Assembly (NCBI GenBank): GCA_963822445.1
Contig: CAWGHO010000002.1
Location: 1,024,001-1,088,000, forward strand
Source of the DNA: an uncultured Acidobacteriota bacterium
GTDB taxonomy: Bacteria > Acidobacteriota > Thermoanaerobaculia > Gp7-AA8
Direction of reading: 5' to 3'
Length of the DNA: 64,000 nt
Shown: positions 29,882-39,959 of the stretch, in pieces
How positions within the stretch are numbered: the first letter of the stretch is position 1
Layout of the letters: the number at the start of each line of letters is the position of its first letter
Made by a program: the position numbers and the translations under genes
The notes under the pieces: generated by a model
What the model saw: only the letters and a program-made list of their open reading frames with translations
Databases searched by the model: none
What the model was told of the DNA's origin: nothing

Positions 29882-30988
29882 GTGGCGCGCCTCCGCGATT
29901 GGCTGGACCTCGGCAAGAGCACCGTCTCGTCCCTGACGACGAACGACGTGGCCAATCTGTATTCGCTGGAATGGCCGGAAACGAAGAAGCGGCTCATCGC
30001 CGAGCACCAGGAAGGCATCGACAGCGATCCCCAGCGGCTCCGCCGGTGGATGCGCACGGTCAGCGCGATTTTCTTCGGCCTGGCCAAGCGGCTGGCACCG
30101 CACCGGCGCGTGCTGTTCGTGGTCTCGTTCCTGTTCTTCTTCGTCTGCGTCTTCTCGATCGCGAAGAACATGTCTTCGCCGCCGATCTGGACGTTCATCG
30201 AGCTCTCGGCGACGTTCATGGTCATGACCCTGCTGCTGGCGATGGAGCTGATCGACAAGATCAAGTTCCGCGATGAGCTGCAGCTCGCCCGCGACCTGCA
30301 GGCCAGCCTGATTCCGGCGGTGATGCCGAAGACCGAGGAGTGGGACATCGCCGCGTTCAACCGGATCGCGAACACCGTCGGCGGGGACATCTACGACTTC
30401 GTTCCGATGCCGAGCGGGCAGGTCGCCGTGCTGTTCGGCGACGCATCGGGACACGGGATGGCCGCCGGGCTGGTGATGGCCGTCGCGCACGCCGCGTTTC
30501 GCACGCAGCTCGAGGTCGAAGCGTCGCCGCCGGCGATCATGGCCTCGCTGAACCGCATCCTCTGCCGCACGGGCGGATCGCGATCGTTTTTCTCCTGCGT
30601 CTACTTCCTGTTCTCGCCGGACGGCACGTTCCTGGCGACGATCGCCGGCCATCCGCCGATCCTGAAAATCGACGCGGCCGGCAAAGTCACCGAGCGCCTC
30701 GGCCGCGGCGCATATCCGCTTGGCGTGAAGACGGGGCTGACGTGGGAAACGATCGGCGGCACGCTCGAGCGCGGCGAGAAGCTGCTCTTCCACTCGGACG
30801 GTCTGAGCGAGTCGCAGAATGCGATGGGACGCGAATTCGGCGACGAGTACATCGAGATCATCCCCGGCTGGCATCCCGAGGCCTCCGCGGCGGCGCTGGT
30901 GGAGAGCGTCGTTTCCGAGTGGCGCGTGTTCATGGGCGATCAGCCGCCCGAGGATGACGTCAGCGTCACGGTGATCGCCCGGCGCTGA
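29882..30988 (+). CDS. Membrane SpoIIE/PP2C-type Ser/Thr phosphatase
   Basis: VGGDIYD, GDASGHG, HSDGL, DDVS motifs and 2 TM helices. Confidence 0.92.
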   Translation: MARLRDWLDLGKSTVSSLTTNDVANLYSLEWPETKKRLIAEHQEGIDSDPQRLRRWMRTVSAIFFGLAKRLAPHRRVLFVVSFLFFFVCVFSIAKNMSSPPIWTFIELSATFMVMTLLLAMELIDKIKFRDELQLARDLQASLIPAVMPKTEEWDIAAFNRIANTVGGDIYDFVPMPSGQVAVLFGDASGHGMAAGLVMAVAHAAFRTQLEVEASPPAIMASLNRILCRTGGSRSFFSCVYFLFSPDGTFLATIAGHPPILKIDAAGKVTERLGRGAYPLGVKTGLTWETIGGTLERGEKLLFHSDGLSESQNAMGREFGDEYIEIIPGWHPEASAAALVESVVSEWRVFMGDQPPEDDVSVTVIARR

Positions 30989-31007
30989 CTGTGCATGCCC
31001 TCACGGC

Positions 31008-32021
31008 ATGCCGCGGCCGCTGACTGTGCTCCTCGACGTCACCGATCGCTGCAACCTCCGCTGCGTGATGTGCCACTTCGCGAACGTCGACCGGATCGGT
31101 TTTCCGCCGTTCGATCTGCCGCATGGCGCGATGCCGGTGGAGCTCTTCGAGAAGATCGCCGCTGATTTCTTCCCGCAGGCACATCGCGTCGGACTGGCCT
31201 GCGCTGCCGAACCGCTGATGCACCCACGATTCGCGCAGTTGATCGAGATCGCCGGCCGTCATCGCGTGCCGCAGTTGTGGTTTCCGACGAACCTTCTCGC
31301 GCTGACCGAGCCGGTTGCCGACGCAATTGCGAAGCATGTCCATACGGTCGCAGTGTCGATCGATGCAACGCGCCGCGAGACGTACGAGCGGATTCGCACC
31401 GGCGCGCGCTGGGACCTCCTGCTGGCGAAGTTGAAGATGTTGCGCAAGGTGAAATTGCGTTTCAGCTTCGCCTGGATGCGCTCGAACCGGAACGAGCTGC
31501 GCGAGCTGCCCGCGTTTGCCGCGGACCACGGCGCGTCGGAGCTGGATGTGCGCATGGTCGCGCCGACGGACGGCGTGGACGTGTCACGCGAACTGCTTTC
31601 GGATGAGGATCCGCGCGCTTTGCGAGCGGAACTGGCGGTCGTCGCACGCGATGCCGTTCGTCGCGGTCTGACTCTCGCCGCGTTTCCGCAGTTCGACGAG
31701 CGGCCGCGCGGCTTCCTCGATCGCGCGGCCTGGCGCTTCTGGCGCATCCGCGCCGGCCTCGATCGCATCGAGCACCTCGGCATCGCCAGACACGAACGCG
31801 AGATCGGCTGCCGGTATCCCGGTCGCAATTACGTGATCCGCCCCAGCGGCGCGGTGTTCCCCTGTCACTACTTCGACCAGCCGCTCGGGTTCGCCGGAAA
31901 AGAGCCGATGCTCGACATCGCCCGCCGCGTGAAGCCGATCAGCGAAGGATTGCAGTGCGGCGCGCCGGTGGGTGCGTGTGGAACGTGCGGAAATCGGAAA
32001 GACGCGTTTTACACGCTCTGA
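31008..32021 (+). CDS. Radical SAM protein with C-terminal SPASM/twitch-like cysteines
   Basis: CNLRCVMC; CRYP...PCHY...CGTC. Confidence 0.88.
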   Translation: MPRPLTVLLDVTDRCNLRCVMCHFANVDRIGFPPFDLPHGAMPVELFEKIAADFFPQAHRVGLACAAEPLMHPRFAQLIEIAGRHRVPQLWFPTNLLALTEPVADAIAKHVHTVAVSIDATRRETYERIRTGARWDLLLAKLKMLRKVKLRFSFAWMRSNRNELRELPAFAADHGASELDVRMVAPTDGVDVSRELLSDEDPRALRAELAVVARDAVRRGLTLAAFPQFDERPRGFLDRAAWRFWRIRAGLDRIEHLGIARHEREIGCRYPGRNYVIRPSGAVFPCHYFDQPLGFAGKEPMLDIARRVKPISEGLQCGAPVGACGTCGNRKDAFYTL

Positions 32022-33877
32022 GCTTTCGTCTCCACCAATCCCTCGAACACCTGCAACGCCAGATCGATGCGTCCCAGCGGCGCCGAGACCTGCACGCCCG
32101 CCACCCGCCCGCGCACGCGCTCCAGCGTCTCGCGGGCGATGGTCACGCCTTCGCGCAGGCCGTGCTCTTTGCTCTTCTCGCTGGCGATGCGCATCCGCTC
32201 CATCACTTCATCCGGCACGACCACGCCGGGCACCTCGTTGTTCATGAACTGAGCGTTGCGGTACGACAGCAGCGGCCAGATTCCGGCGACGACAGGAAGG
32301 TGCATGTCTTCGATGCGCTCGAGGAAGGTCTCGAGCTGGCGGACGTCGAAGACGGGCTGGGTGATCGCGTATTCCGCGCCCGCTTTCACCTTCCAGTCGA
32401 GACGGCGCAGCTCGTATTCGAGATCGAGATGGCCGGGATTCACACCGACGCCGATCGTGAATTTCGTCGGCTCTCCGAAGGGGTTGCTGCCGAGGTCGAG
32501 CCCGTGGTTCATCAGGTTCACCATGTTCGTGAGCCCGATCGAGTCGATGTCGAACACCGCCGTCGCTTCCGGATACGGCCCCATCTTCGGGGGATCGCCG
32601 GTGATGAGCAGGAGATTGCGCAGGCCGAGCGCGGCGCATCCGAGGAGGTCGGAGTGCATCCCGAGGAGATTGCGGTCGCGGCAGCAGTAGTGAAGGACCG
32701 TCTCGATGCCGACGCGCTGCTGAAGAAGCACGGCCACGGCGATCGCGCCCATGCGATTCTGCGCGCGCGGCCCATCGGGCACGTTGACCGCGTCCACACC
32801 CGCGGCCTTGATCGACTCCACGCCTTTGACCATCGCGTCGGGATTCGGACCTTTCGGCGGCGTGATCTCGATCGTGGTGACGAACTCCCCCGCGGCGATC
32901 TTGCGGCCCCAGTTCGAGCGCGTGGCCATGAGCGCCGGCTCGACGCCGACGTTCTTCTCGTCGGCCTTGCCGCTGCTCTCGATGATCACGAACGAGCGCC
33001 GCGGCGAGAGCGGCCGGACGGCGTCGGCCATCACCTTGATGTGCTCCGGTGTCGTTCCGCAGCAGCCGCCGATGAACTTCACGCCCTTGTGAATGAGGCG
33101 CTTGGCGTACTTGCCGAAGTAGTCGGGCGAGGCCATGTACATCTGCCGGCCGTTGACGTCGCGGGGAAGACCGGCGTTGGGCTGACAGGAGATCTTCTTC
33201 GCGGTGACCGTGGCGATCTCTTCGACCGCGTCGAGCATGATGTCTGGACCGACCGCGCAATTGAGGCCGATGACATCGGCGCCCGCGCGATCGAGGCGCA
33301 GGGCGACGTCTTTCGGCGTGTCGCCGAAGACGGTGCGGCTGTCCGTGCCGATGGTCATCTGCGCGACGACGGGCAGGGAGCAGACGTCGCGGATCGCGGC
33401 GATGGCCTGTTCCATCTCGGCGATGTTGGAGAAGGTCTCGCACACGAAGAGATCCACGCCCGCATCGCGCAGCGCCTCGACCTGCTCCCTGAAAATCGCG
33501 CGAGCCTCGTCGAGCGAGGTCGGTCCGTACGGTTCGATGCGGATGCCGAGCGGGCCGATCGCGCCGGCGACGTATACGGAATCGCCCGCCGCTTTGCGCG
33601 CAATCTCCACGGCCCGAAGGTTGATGTCGCGCAGCTCGTCTTCGATGCCGAAGCTGCCGAGCTTCACCCGGTTCGCGCCGTAGGTGTTGGTCTCGATGAT
33701 CTCCGCGCCGGCCTTGACGTAGTGGCGATGGACTTCCAGCACGATCTCCGGATTGCGGAGATTGAGCTCGTCGTAGCACTTGTTGATGAAGACGCCCTTC
33801 GAATAGAGCATCGTCCCCATCGCTCCATCGAAGAGGTAGACGTGTTCGTCGGCGATCGCTTGAATGAAATCCTGCAT
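32009..33877 (-). CDS. Bifunctional homocysteine S-methyltransferase / methylenetetrahydrofolate reductase (YitJ-like)
   Basis: DGAMGT, GLNC, PNAGLP, GGCCGTTPEHI, then an MTHFR domain (CCRDRN, ITGDPP, ITQPVFD). Confidence 0.95.
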   Translation of the reverse strand: MQDFIQAIADEHVYLFDGAMGTMLYSKGVFINKCYDELNLRNPEIVLEVHRHYVKAGAEIIETNTYGANRVKLGSFGIEDELRDINLRAVEIARKAAGDSVYVAGAIGPLGIRIEPYGPTSLDEARAIFREQVEALRDAGVDLFVCETFSNIAEMEQAIAAIRDVCSLPVVAQMTIGTDSRTVFGDTPKDVALRLDRAGADVIGLNCAVGPDIMLDAVEEIATVTAKKISCQPNAGLPRDVNGRQMYMASPDYFGKYAKRLIHKGVKFIGGCCGTTPEHIKVMADAVRPLSPRRSFVIIESSGKADEKNVGVEPALMATRSNWGRKIAAGEFVTTIEITPPKGPNPDAMVKGVESIKAAGVDAVNVPDGPRAQNRMGAIAVAVLLQQRVGIETVLHYCCRDRNLLGMHSDLLGCAALGLRNLLLITGDPPKMGPYPEATAVFDIDSIGLTNMVNLMNHGLDLGSNPFGEPTKFTIGVGVNPGHLDLEYELRRLDWKVKAGAEYAITQPVFDVRQLETFLERIEDMHLPVVAGIWPLLSYRNAQFMNNEVPGVVVPDEVMERMRIASEKSKEHGLREGVTIARETLERVRGRVAGVQVSAPLGRIDLALQVFEGLVETKAQSV

Positions 33878-33911
33878 AAAGAAAAACCCCACGCCGGAAA
33901 ACGACGTGGGG
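33878..33911 (-). terminator. Intrinsic terminator (riboswitch expression platform)
   Basis: Minus strand CCCCACGTCG-TTTTC-CGGCGTGGGG-TTTTTCTTT, directly before the ATG. Confidence 0.8.
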
Positions 33912-33935
33912 CGGGTTCGGAGTCGTTTGGTTTAC

Positions 33936-33990
33936 TGCCGGCCTTTTAGCTTTTTTTAGCTGGTTGCAAGCCGCCCCAAATCAATCCAGC
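33936..33990 (-). ncRNA. SAM-II (SAM-alpha)-like riboswitch
   Basis: Minus strand GCTGGATTGATTTGGGGCGGCTTGCAACCAGCTAAAAAAAGCTAAAAGGCCG carries UGAUUU, GCUUGCA and GCUAAA, with P1 GCTGG/CCAGC and CGGC/GCCG pseudoknot pairing. Lies upstream of a methionine-synthesis gene. Confidence 0.82.
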
Positions 33991-34014
33991 GGGGGACAGA
34001 TTACCCGATTTTCC

Positions 34015-36180
34015 TCAATCCTCGAAAAACCGGCGCAACTTCTCGAGTGCCCCCTCGACCTCCTGCCGGTTCCGGTCGACGTCATTTGCCCAGCGGCGGA
34101 ACTGATCGAACGTGATCGCGGCGGGCTCATCAAAGTGGTCCTCGTCGAAAAGCACGCGGCGGACGATGCGGCCGAAGATGCCGCTGGGGCAATGGCGGGT
34201 GGGGGCGGTGCCGTCGAGGAAAACCTCCCGGATCGGGCCCGGGCAGCCTTCCCGCCAGAGCATCCCCGACTCCGGATCGATGTCGCGGAACGTCACGCCT
34301 TCGGGCGGTTTCGGGTTTGCGGCGGCGTGGGGGATCTCGCTCATGTACGCGCCCCAGACCGGGATCGCCGCTTCCGACGATGACAGGCGCAGCGGCGCGC
34401 CGCGATCGAAACCGACCCAGACCGTGGTGACCATGTCCGCGGTGTAGCCGACGAACCAGGCGTCGCGGTAATCGTTCGTGGTGCCCGTCTTTCCGGCGAC
34501 GTCGCCGAGACCGTAGCGCTTCAGGCGCGTTGCCGTTCCGCGTCGAACCACGCCGCGCAGCAGGGTGTGCATCACGTACGCGGAACTGGCGTCGACGACG
34601 CGCTTCCGTTTCGATTCGCGCTCGAAAACCAGCTCGCCGTGGCGGTCCTTCACGCTCGTCAGCAGGAATGGCTCGACGCGCTCGCCGAGGTTCGGGAAGG
34701 CGGTGTACGCCGCGGTCAGCTCGCGCATCGAGACATCGGCAACACCCAACGAGAGCGCGGGGATCTCGGTGATCTTGCTGAAGCCGAAATCGTCCGCGGT
34801 CTTCTTCACCTGGCGCAGACCGGTTTGTTGCGTGAGCCGGACCGTCGGCACGTTCAGCGACCGCTCGAAGGCCTCGCGCAGCGTCACCCGTCCGCGAAAG
34901 CTCTGGTCGTAGTTCTGCGGCTGCCACGTCTCGTTGCGGGCCAGCTCGATCTTCACCGGCGCGTCGAGCAGGAGCGAGGACGTGGTCGATTTCTTGGAGA
35001 CGATCGCCGCGAGATAAGCGAAGGTCTTGAACGCGGAGCCGGGCTGACGGCGCATCTGCGACGTGCGATCGAACGGCGAGCGCTGGAAGTCGGCGCCGCC
35101 GACGAGCGCGCGAATGCCGCCGTTTTTCGGATCGATCGACAGAATCGCGACCTGCAGCGGATCGGCGCGCGACTGCGTGCGGATCCAGCGATAGCGCGAC
35201 TCCAGGCGATTCGCGGACTGCCGTGCCGCACGCTCCGCGGCGCGCTGCGCGCGCGGATCCATCTCACAGACGATCGTCAATCCGCCGCCGGCCACTCCCC
35301 GCTTGCCGACCTCGCGCACCACCTCGGCCTTGAGGGCGCGAAGGTAGTAGGGATACGGCGTTTCGGGCAGCGATCCGCGGATCACATCGACGTCGCGAGC
35401 CACCGCCCTTTCGTATTCGTCCTTGCCGATCCACTTCCGGTCGCGCATCACGCCGAGAATCGCGTTCCGCCGCGCCCGGGCGATGTCGGGACGCTTTTCC
35501 GGCGTGTCGCGGTTCGGCGCGCGGATCATCGCCGCGAGCATCGCCGCCTCGTCGACGCGAAGCGCTTTCGGCGATTTGTCGAAATAGAGCCGCGCCGCCT
35601 CGTCGATGCCGAGGATGGTGTTGCCGTTGTGGTGGCCGAGGTAGACGTCGTTGAGGTAGAGCTCGAGGATCTCGTCCTTGGAGAGGCGCGCGTCGAGATC
35701 GACCGCCAGCACGATCTCCACGATCTTGCGGCGCCAGGTGCGCTCGTTCGTGAGGAAGTGCTGTTTGATGACCTGCTGGGGAATGGTGCTGCCGCCCTGG
35801 GCGATGCCGCCGGCGCGGACGTTCTTCATGAGCGCGCGGGCCATGCCGATGGGATCGACGCCGAGGTGGCGGCGGAAGCGGACGTCCTCCGCGGCCACGA
35901 AGGCATCGGCGACAAACGGAGGCAGTTCGCCGATCAGAACCGGCGGCGAGACGCGCCAGTCGGCGCCGTAGACCTTCACGATCTCGCGCGTGGACTTGCC
36001 GGCGCTCGACAGGATCACCGTCGGCTCGCGCCAGCTCTTGCCCGCGATTCCCCGTTTCAGGCGGAGATCGAGCACGAAAACGTAGATGAAGAAAGCCTGG
36101 AGCGCGACGAAGAGGGCGAAGGAAAGCGGAAGCGTCCATCGCGCGAGCAGTGCTGCGCGTGACAATCGTGGCTTGTTCAT
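34015..36180 (-). CDS. Class A penicillin-binding protein (PBP1B-like transglycosylase/transpeptidase)
   Basis: AAEDVRF, QGGSTIPQQ, SAFK, SLN, KTGT motifs. Confidence 0.93.
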   Translation of the reverse strand: MNKPRLSRAALLARWTLPLSFALFVALQAFFIYVFVLDLRLKRGIAGKSWREPTVILSSAGKSTREIVKVYGADWRVSPPVLIGELPPFVADAFVAAEDVRFRRHLGVDPIGMARALMKNVRAGGIAQGGSTIPQQVIKQHFLTNERTWRRKIVEIVLAVDLDARLSKDEILELYLNDVYLGHHNGNTILGIDEAARLYFDKSPKALRVDEAAMLAAMIRAPNRDTPEKRPDIARARRNAILGVMRDRKWIGKDEYERAVARDVDVIRGSLPETPYPYYLRALKAEVVREVGKRGVAGGGLTIVCEMDPRAQRAAERAARQSANRLESRYRWIRTQSRADPLQVAILSIDPKNGGIRALVGGADFQRSPFDRTSQMRRQPGSAFKTFAYLAAIVSKKSTTSSLLLDAPVKIELARNETWQPQNYDQSFRGRVTLREAFERSLNVPTVRLTQQTGLRQVKKTADDFGFSKITEIPALSLGVADVSMRELTAAYTAFPNLGERVEPFLLTSVKDRHGELVFERESKRKRVVDASSAYVMHTLLRGVVRRGTATRLKRYGLGDVAGKTGTTNDYRDAWFVGYTADMVTTVWVGFDRGAPLRLSSSEAAIPVWGAYMSEIPHAAANPKPPEGVTFRDIDPESGMLWREGCPGPIREVFLDGTAPTRHCPSGIFGRIVRRVLFDEDHFDEPAAITFDQFRRWANDVDRNRQEVEGALEKLRRFFED

Positions 36181-36288
36181 CTACATTGTTTTTCGTGCAA
36201 CTCGTACACCTGGTTGCATACGTGCAGCGCAAACTCCTCGGTTGAAAAAGTACGGCTCCCCCCGAAACTTTTTAATAGGAGACCAGAC

Positions 36289-36950
36289 ATGGCTGCGAAG
36301 AAGAGCACCTCGAAAAAGGGCGGCTCGAAAAAAGGCGGCGCCAAAGGCGGCGCCAGGAAGTCGGCGGGCAAGAGCACCAAAAAGTCCGCCGCGAAGAAGT
36401 CCTCTGCCAGGAAGTCGTCCGCGAAGAAGTCCTCTGCTAAGAAGTCGTCTGCGAAGAAGGCCTCGCCCCGCAAGTCAGCGGCGAAGAAGTCTTCAGCGCG
36501 GAAGGCAGCAGCCCGGACGTCGTCGAAATCGACGGCACGCCGGGGCGGAACCGCGAAGCGCAGCGCTTCGAAGAGCTCCGCGGGCAGCCGCAAGCGGAGT
36601 CAGGCCGCGCGGAAGGCGGCGCTGAGCCGTCCGACGAAGAAGACCGTGCGTCGCGCGGCGGCGAGCGCTGTTGCCGGCGCAGCCGCGGGCGTTGGTGCGG
36701 CAGCGGCCGCGCGCAGAGCGCCTGCCGTTGCAGCGGAAGTGAAGCGCAAAGCGCCGGGCGTGGCCAATCGCGCGAAGAGCGTGATCAGCCGCGTGGTCGA
36801 GCAGGTCAAGGACACCGCCTCGGCGGTCGTTCCGGCCCTCGGCTCGAGCAGCACCACTGACACGGGCACCGGCAACACGGCGGCGTCACGGGTGGCGGCG
36901 GCTACACCGGCGGTGGTTCCACGCCAGGCTCAGGACCAGCTGCGAAGAGC
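36289..36950 (+). CDS. Histone H1-like Lys/Ser/Ala-rich protein (3' end uncertain)
   Basis: SD aggag; MAAKKSTSKKGGSKK then AKKSS repeats. The ORF as assembled runs through a hairpin into the opposing gene, suggesting an indel near its end. Confidence 0.75.
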
Positions 36951-36957
36951 GAGCTCG

Positions 36958-36986
36958 GAGTGCGATGGCCTGGGGCCATCGCACTC
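36958..36986. repeat. GAGTGCG...CGCACTC palindrome between convergent genes
   Basis: Perfect 13-bp stem gagtgcgatggcc/ggccatcgcactc; termini match those of the 46374 element. Confidence 0.65.
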
Positions 36987-36991
36987 TGCCT

Positions 36992-38062
36992 TCAGCTCGA
37001 CGATTTCTCGAACGCGTTGCGGATCCGCTTGGAGAAGTACTGCTGCGGCAGACCGCCGCTCCACTTCTTCAAGCGTTTCGCCTTCGCAAACGAGTTGAGA
37101 GCCTGAACGCGGTAGTTGTCGTCCGCCTCGAACGCGTAGATCGAGTATTGCGATGCGCCGAGGAAGGCCCAGATCCAGCCGTTGCGGGGCATCTTGCGCT
37201 GAGGCGCTGGAAATCGCGCGCGGCGGCCTCGAACTCACCGGCGAAGTAATTCTCCAGCGCCCGGCGAACGTCATTCGAGTAGTCCGCGAGCACCGTATTC
37301 GCGGCGGCGGTCGGCTTCGGCGTGACCGCCGGGAGAAGGCGTAATCGTCGCCGGAGTCGTGGCCACAGCCGTCGCCGGCATGGCCAGCTCGGAGAGATGC
37401 CCGCGCTCTCGGCCATGTCGATGATCGCGTTCAGGTCGTCGTTCGTGCGCGCCGACGTGTTCGCGTCGTCGCCTCGGTGAGCAGGTTCAGGCCTGCGTGT
37501 ACTGCGGCGAGTTGCCGGCTTTGCGCGTCTGCGCGGCCTGCAGCTTCTGTCTTGCCGCGGTCGAGCGCGCTCGAAGCGCGACTCCGCAACCCGGATCGAT
37601 GACCGGTCCGGACGGAGTCGGGGCAGGGACGACCTGCGTGGGTGCGGGACGGACGGCTCCGGTGCCGGACGGACCGGCTCGGGCGCGGGTTCATTCGCGG
37701 CGGCGAGCTGCTTCTTCGCGCGCTCCATCAGCGTGTCGAGCGACCCTAGATTCTCGGGGCCGGGGCCGGAGGTTCTCTCGAAGTCAGCGATCGCCGCTTC
37801 GTAATTGCCGAGGTTCATGTTGGCCACGCCGCGGTAGTAGTACGGGTGGTAGTTGATGAAATTCGTCCCGTACGTGCTCGGCCTTGTCCTGTTCCTTCCC
37901 GTTGCCCTTGATGGCGGCATTCATCTTCTGAAGCACGGTGCTCCAGCTGCCCTTGCGCGCGGCGGCGAGCCCGGCTTCGTAATCGTCGTACCAGGACGCT
38001 TCGGCGACGCCGGCGAACAGGAACAGAGCGAGAGTGATGGCGAGAGTGCGTGCGCGGATCAT
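36992..38062 (-). CDS. Secreted TPR protein, split by several frameshifts
   Basis: Signal peptide at 38062; YYYRGVANMNLGNYEAAIADF; C-terminal GWIWAFLGASQY...FEKSSS*. Pieces lie in different frames. Confidence 0.7.
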
Positions 38063-39913
38063 GGCTTGTTGACTTCCTTGGCGAGGGCGTCGTAGTCGAC
38101 ATTGCCCATGTTCACAATCCTGCGCGTGGAAGCGCCGGGTTTGATGTTCACGTCGATGGTCTCGCGGCCTTTGGGACCGGTGAGGGTGACGCTGGTAATT
38201 GCCCGGCGCCAGCTCGATTCGGTCGGCGTCGAGCGGTGATCCTCGAGCAGGGCGATCTCTTTCTGATCGCCCTTGTTGACGATCTTCTCGAGGTCAGCGT
38301 AGGGCGACGCGGAAAGCAGGAGCACGCCCTGGCCGGCAGGAATCGGCGCGGTGTTCGGCGCGGTCGCGGTGATGGCGGTGGTCGATGGCGCAACGGTTTC
38401 CGTCGCGACAGGCACCGCATCCTTCTTGCGCGTGGCCATGAACCCGGCGACGGCAATGGCGATGACGACGACCGCGGCGATGGCCCCGATGACGGCCATG
38501 TTCTTTTTCTTCGGCGCCGCGGCACCCGGTTGGTACTGCCGCTCGAGCACCGTCGCTTCGGCCTGCCCCGCTCCGCCGCCCGCTCCCCACTTTTTCTCGA
38601 GCGCCGTCGGAGCCGCGCCGGCGGGAGAGCCGAGCCGCTCCATCACCGTCGCTTCGTCGCTGCCGACGCGCGTGCCGGTCGGACCGGTCTTGGCGCCGCC
38701 GGGCATGGTCAGGTTGCGCTCCATGACCGTCGCTTCATCGGCCTGCGAGCGCGTGCCCGTTCCCGGCATCGTTCCGCCGGCGAACGTTCCGCCGGACAGG
38801 CCACCCATGGTCTGTTGCGTCTGCTGCGCGCCGGAGAGCGTCGGCGACGGAGTGGTGCCGGTAAATTTCGGCAGATCGGCCAGCGTCTGCGCGCCGGAGA
38901 GGGTGATCATCTTCTCGCCGAGTCCGAATTTCTGATCGGGCGGGATGGACGCGCGAAGATTTTCGAGGGCAGCCGCAAAGTCGGCGGCGGTCGCGAAACG
39001 CGCATCGCGGTTCTTCTCGAGCGAGCGCATGATCACCGACTCGAGCTGCGGCGGGACCTTCACGTTCGGCGCGAGCTCGGCGATCGGCGCCGGCTTTTCG
39101 GTGACGTGCTTGAGGATGTAGCCGTGCGGGTTCGTAGCCTGGAACGGCGCGCGGCCGGCCAGCATCTCGTACAAGACGATGCCGAACGAGTAGAGATCGG
39201 AGCGCGGATCGAGATGCTCCCCTTCCTTGAGGAAGCCGGCCTGCTCGGGCGAGGCGTATTTCAGCTTCCCGAGGAACATGCCGGTCTGGGTGAGGCCCTG
39301 GCCGCCTTCTCCTTCGGCGAGCTGCTTGGCGATGCCGAAGTCGATGACCTTGACGAGCAGCTTCCCGTGGTGTCCTGCGACAGCATGATGTTCTCGGGCG
39401 AGATGTCGCGATGGATGAGGCCCATCGAGTGCAGGTGGTCGAGGCCGTGCAGCGCCTGGATCGCGATCTCCACCGTCAGCCGCGGGGGCAGCGCACCCGG
39501 TCTCGGCGATCCACTTCTGGATGTTCGTGCCGTCGATGAACTCCCAGACCATGTAGTACGAGCCGTCCTCGAGCTGCGCGAAGTCGTACAGCATGGCCAG
39601 GTTCTTGTGCTTGATCATCGTGGACGTGCGCGCTTCCTGGAGGAATCGCTGCAGTCCCTGATCGTCCGGCGGCGACGTTGGGCCGCATGATCTTGATGAC
39701 GCGGAGCTCGTTGAGATGGATGTGGCGGACCTTGAAGATCTCGCCCATGCCGCCGACGCCGAGGCGGTCGATGATCTGGTACTTGCCGTCGAGGAGGCGG
39801 CTCGAGTAGGTCCTCTGGAACAGCCGTGACCTTCTCGCCGCAATGCGGGCACTGATCGTACGCGGCGTCGATCGTCTGTTTGCATTTAAGGCAGTTTGCA
39901 GGGTCTGGCTCAT
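38059..39913 (-). CDS. Membrane Ser/Thr protein kinase with N-terminal Zn ribbon, split by frameshifts
   Basis: CLKC..CPHC; LGVGGMGEIF; IHRDISPEN; DFGIAK; YASPEQ; SDLYSFG; TM helix. Pieces lie in alternating frames. Confidence 0.85.
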
Positions 39914-39959
39914 TCATCGGTCCCGGTTGACGGCTCGCACATGACCTGACAGACTGAAC

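Noticed and set aside
29837-30874. N-terminal 345 aa extension of the 1654 aa histidine kinase ORF
   Set aside because: It is the antisense of the SpoIIE phosphatase gene; the signal peptide places the true start at 29836.
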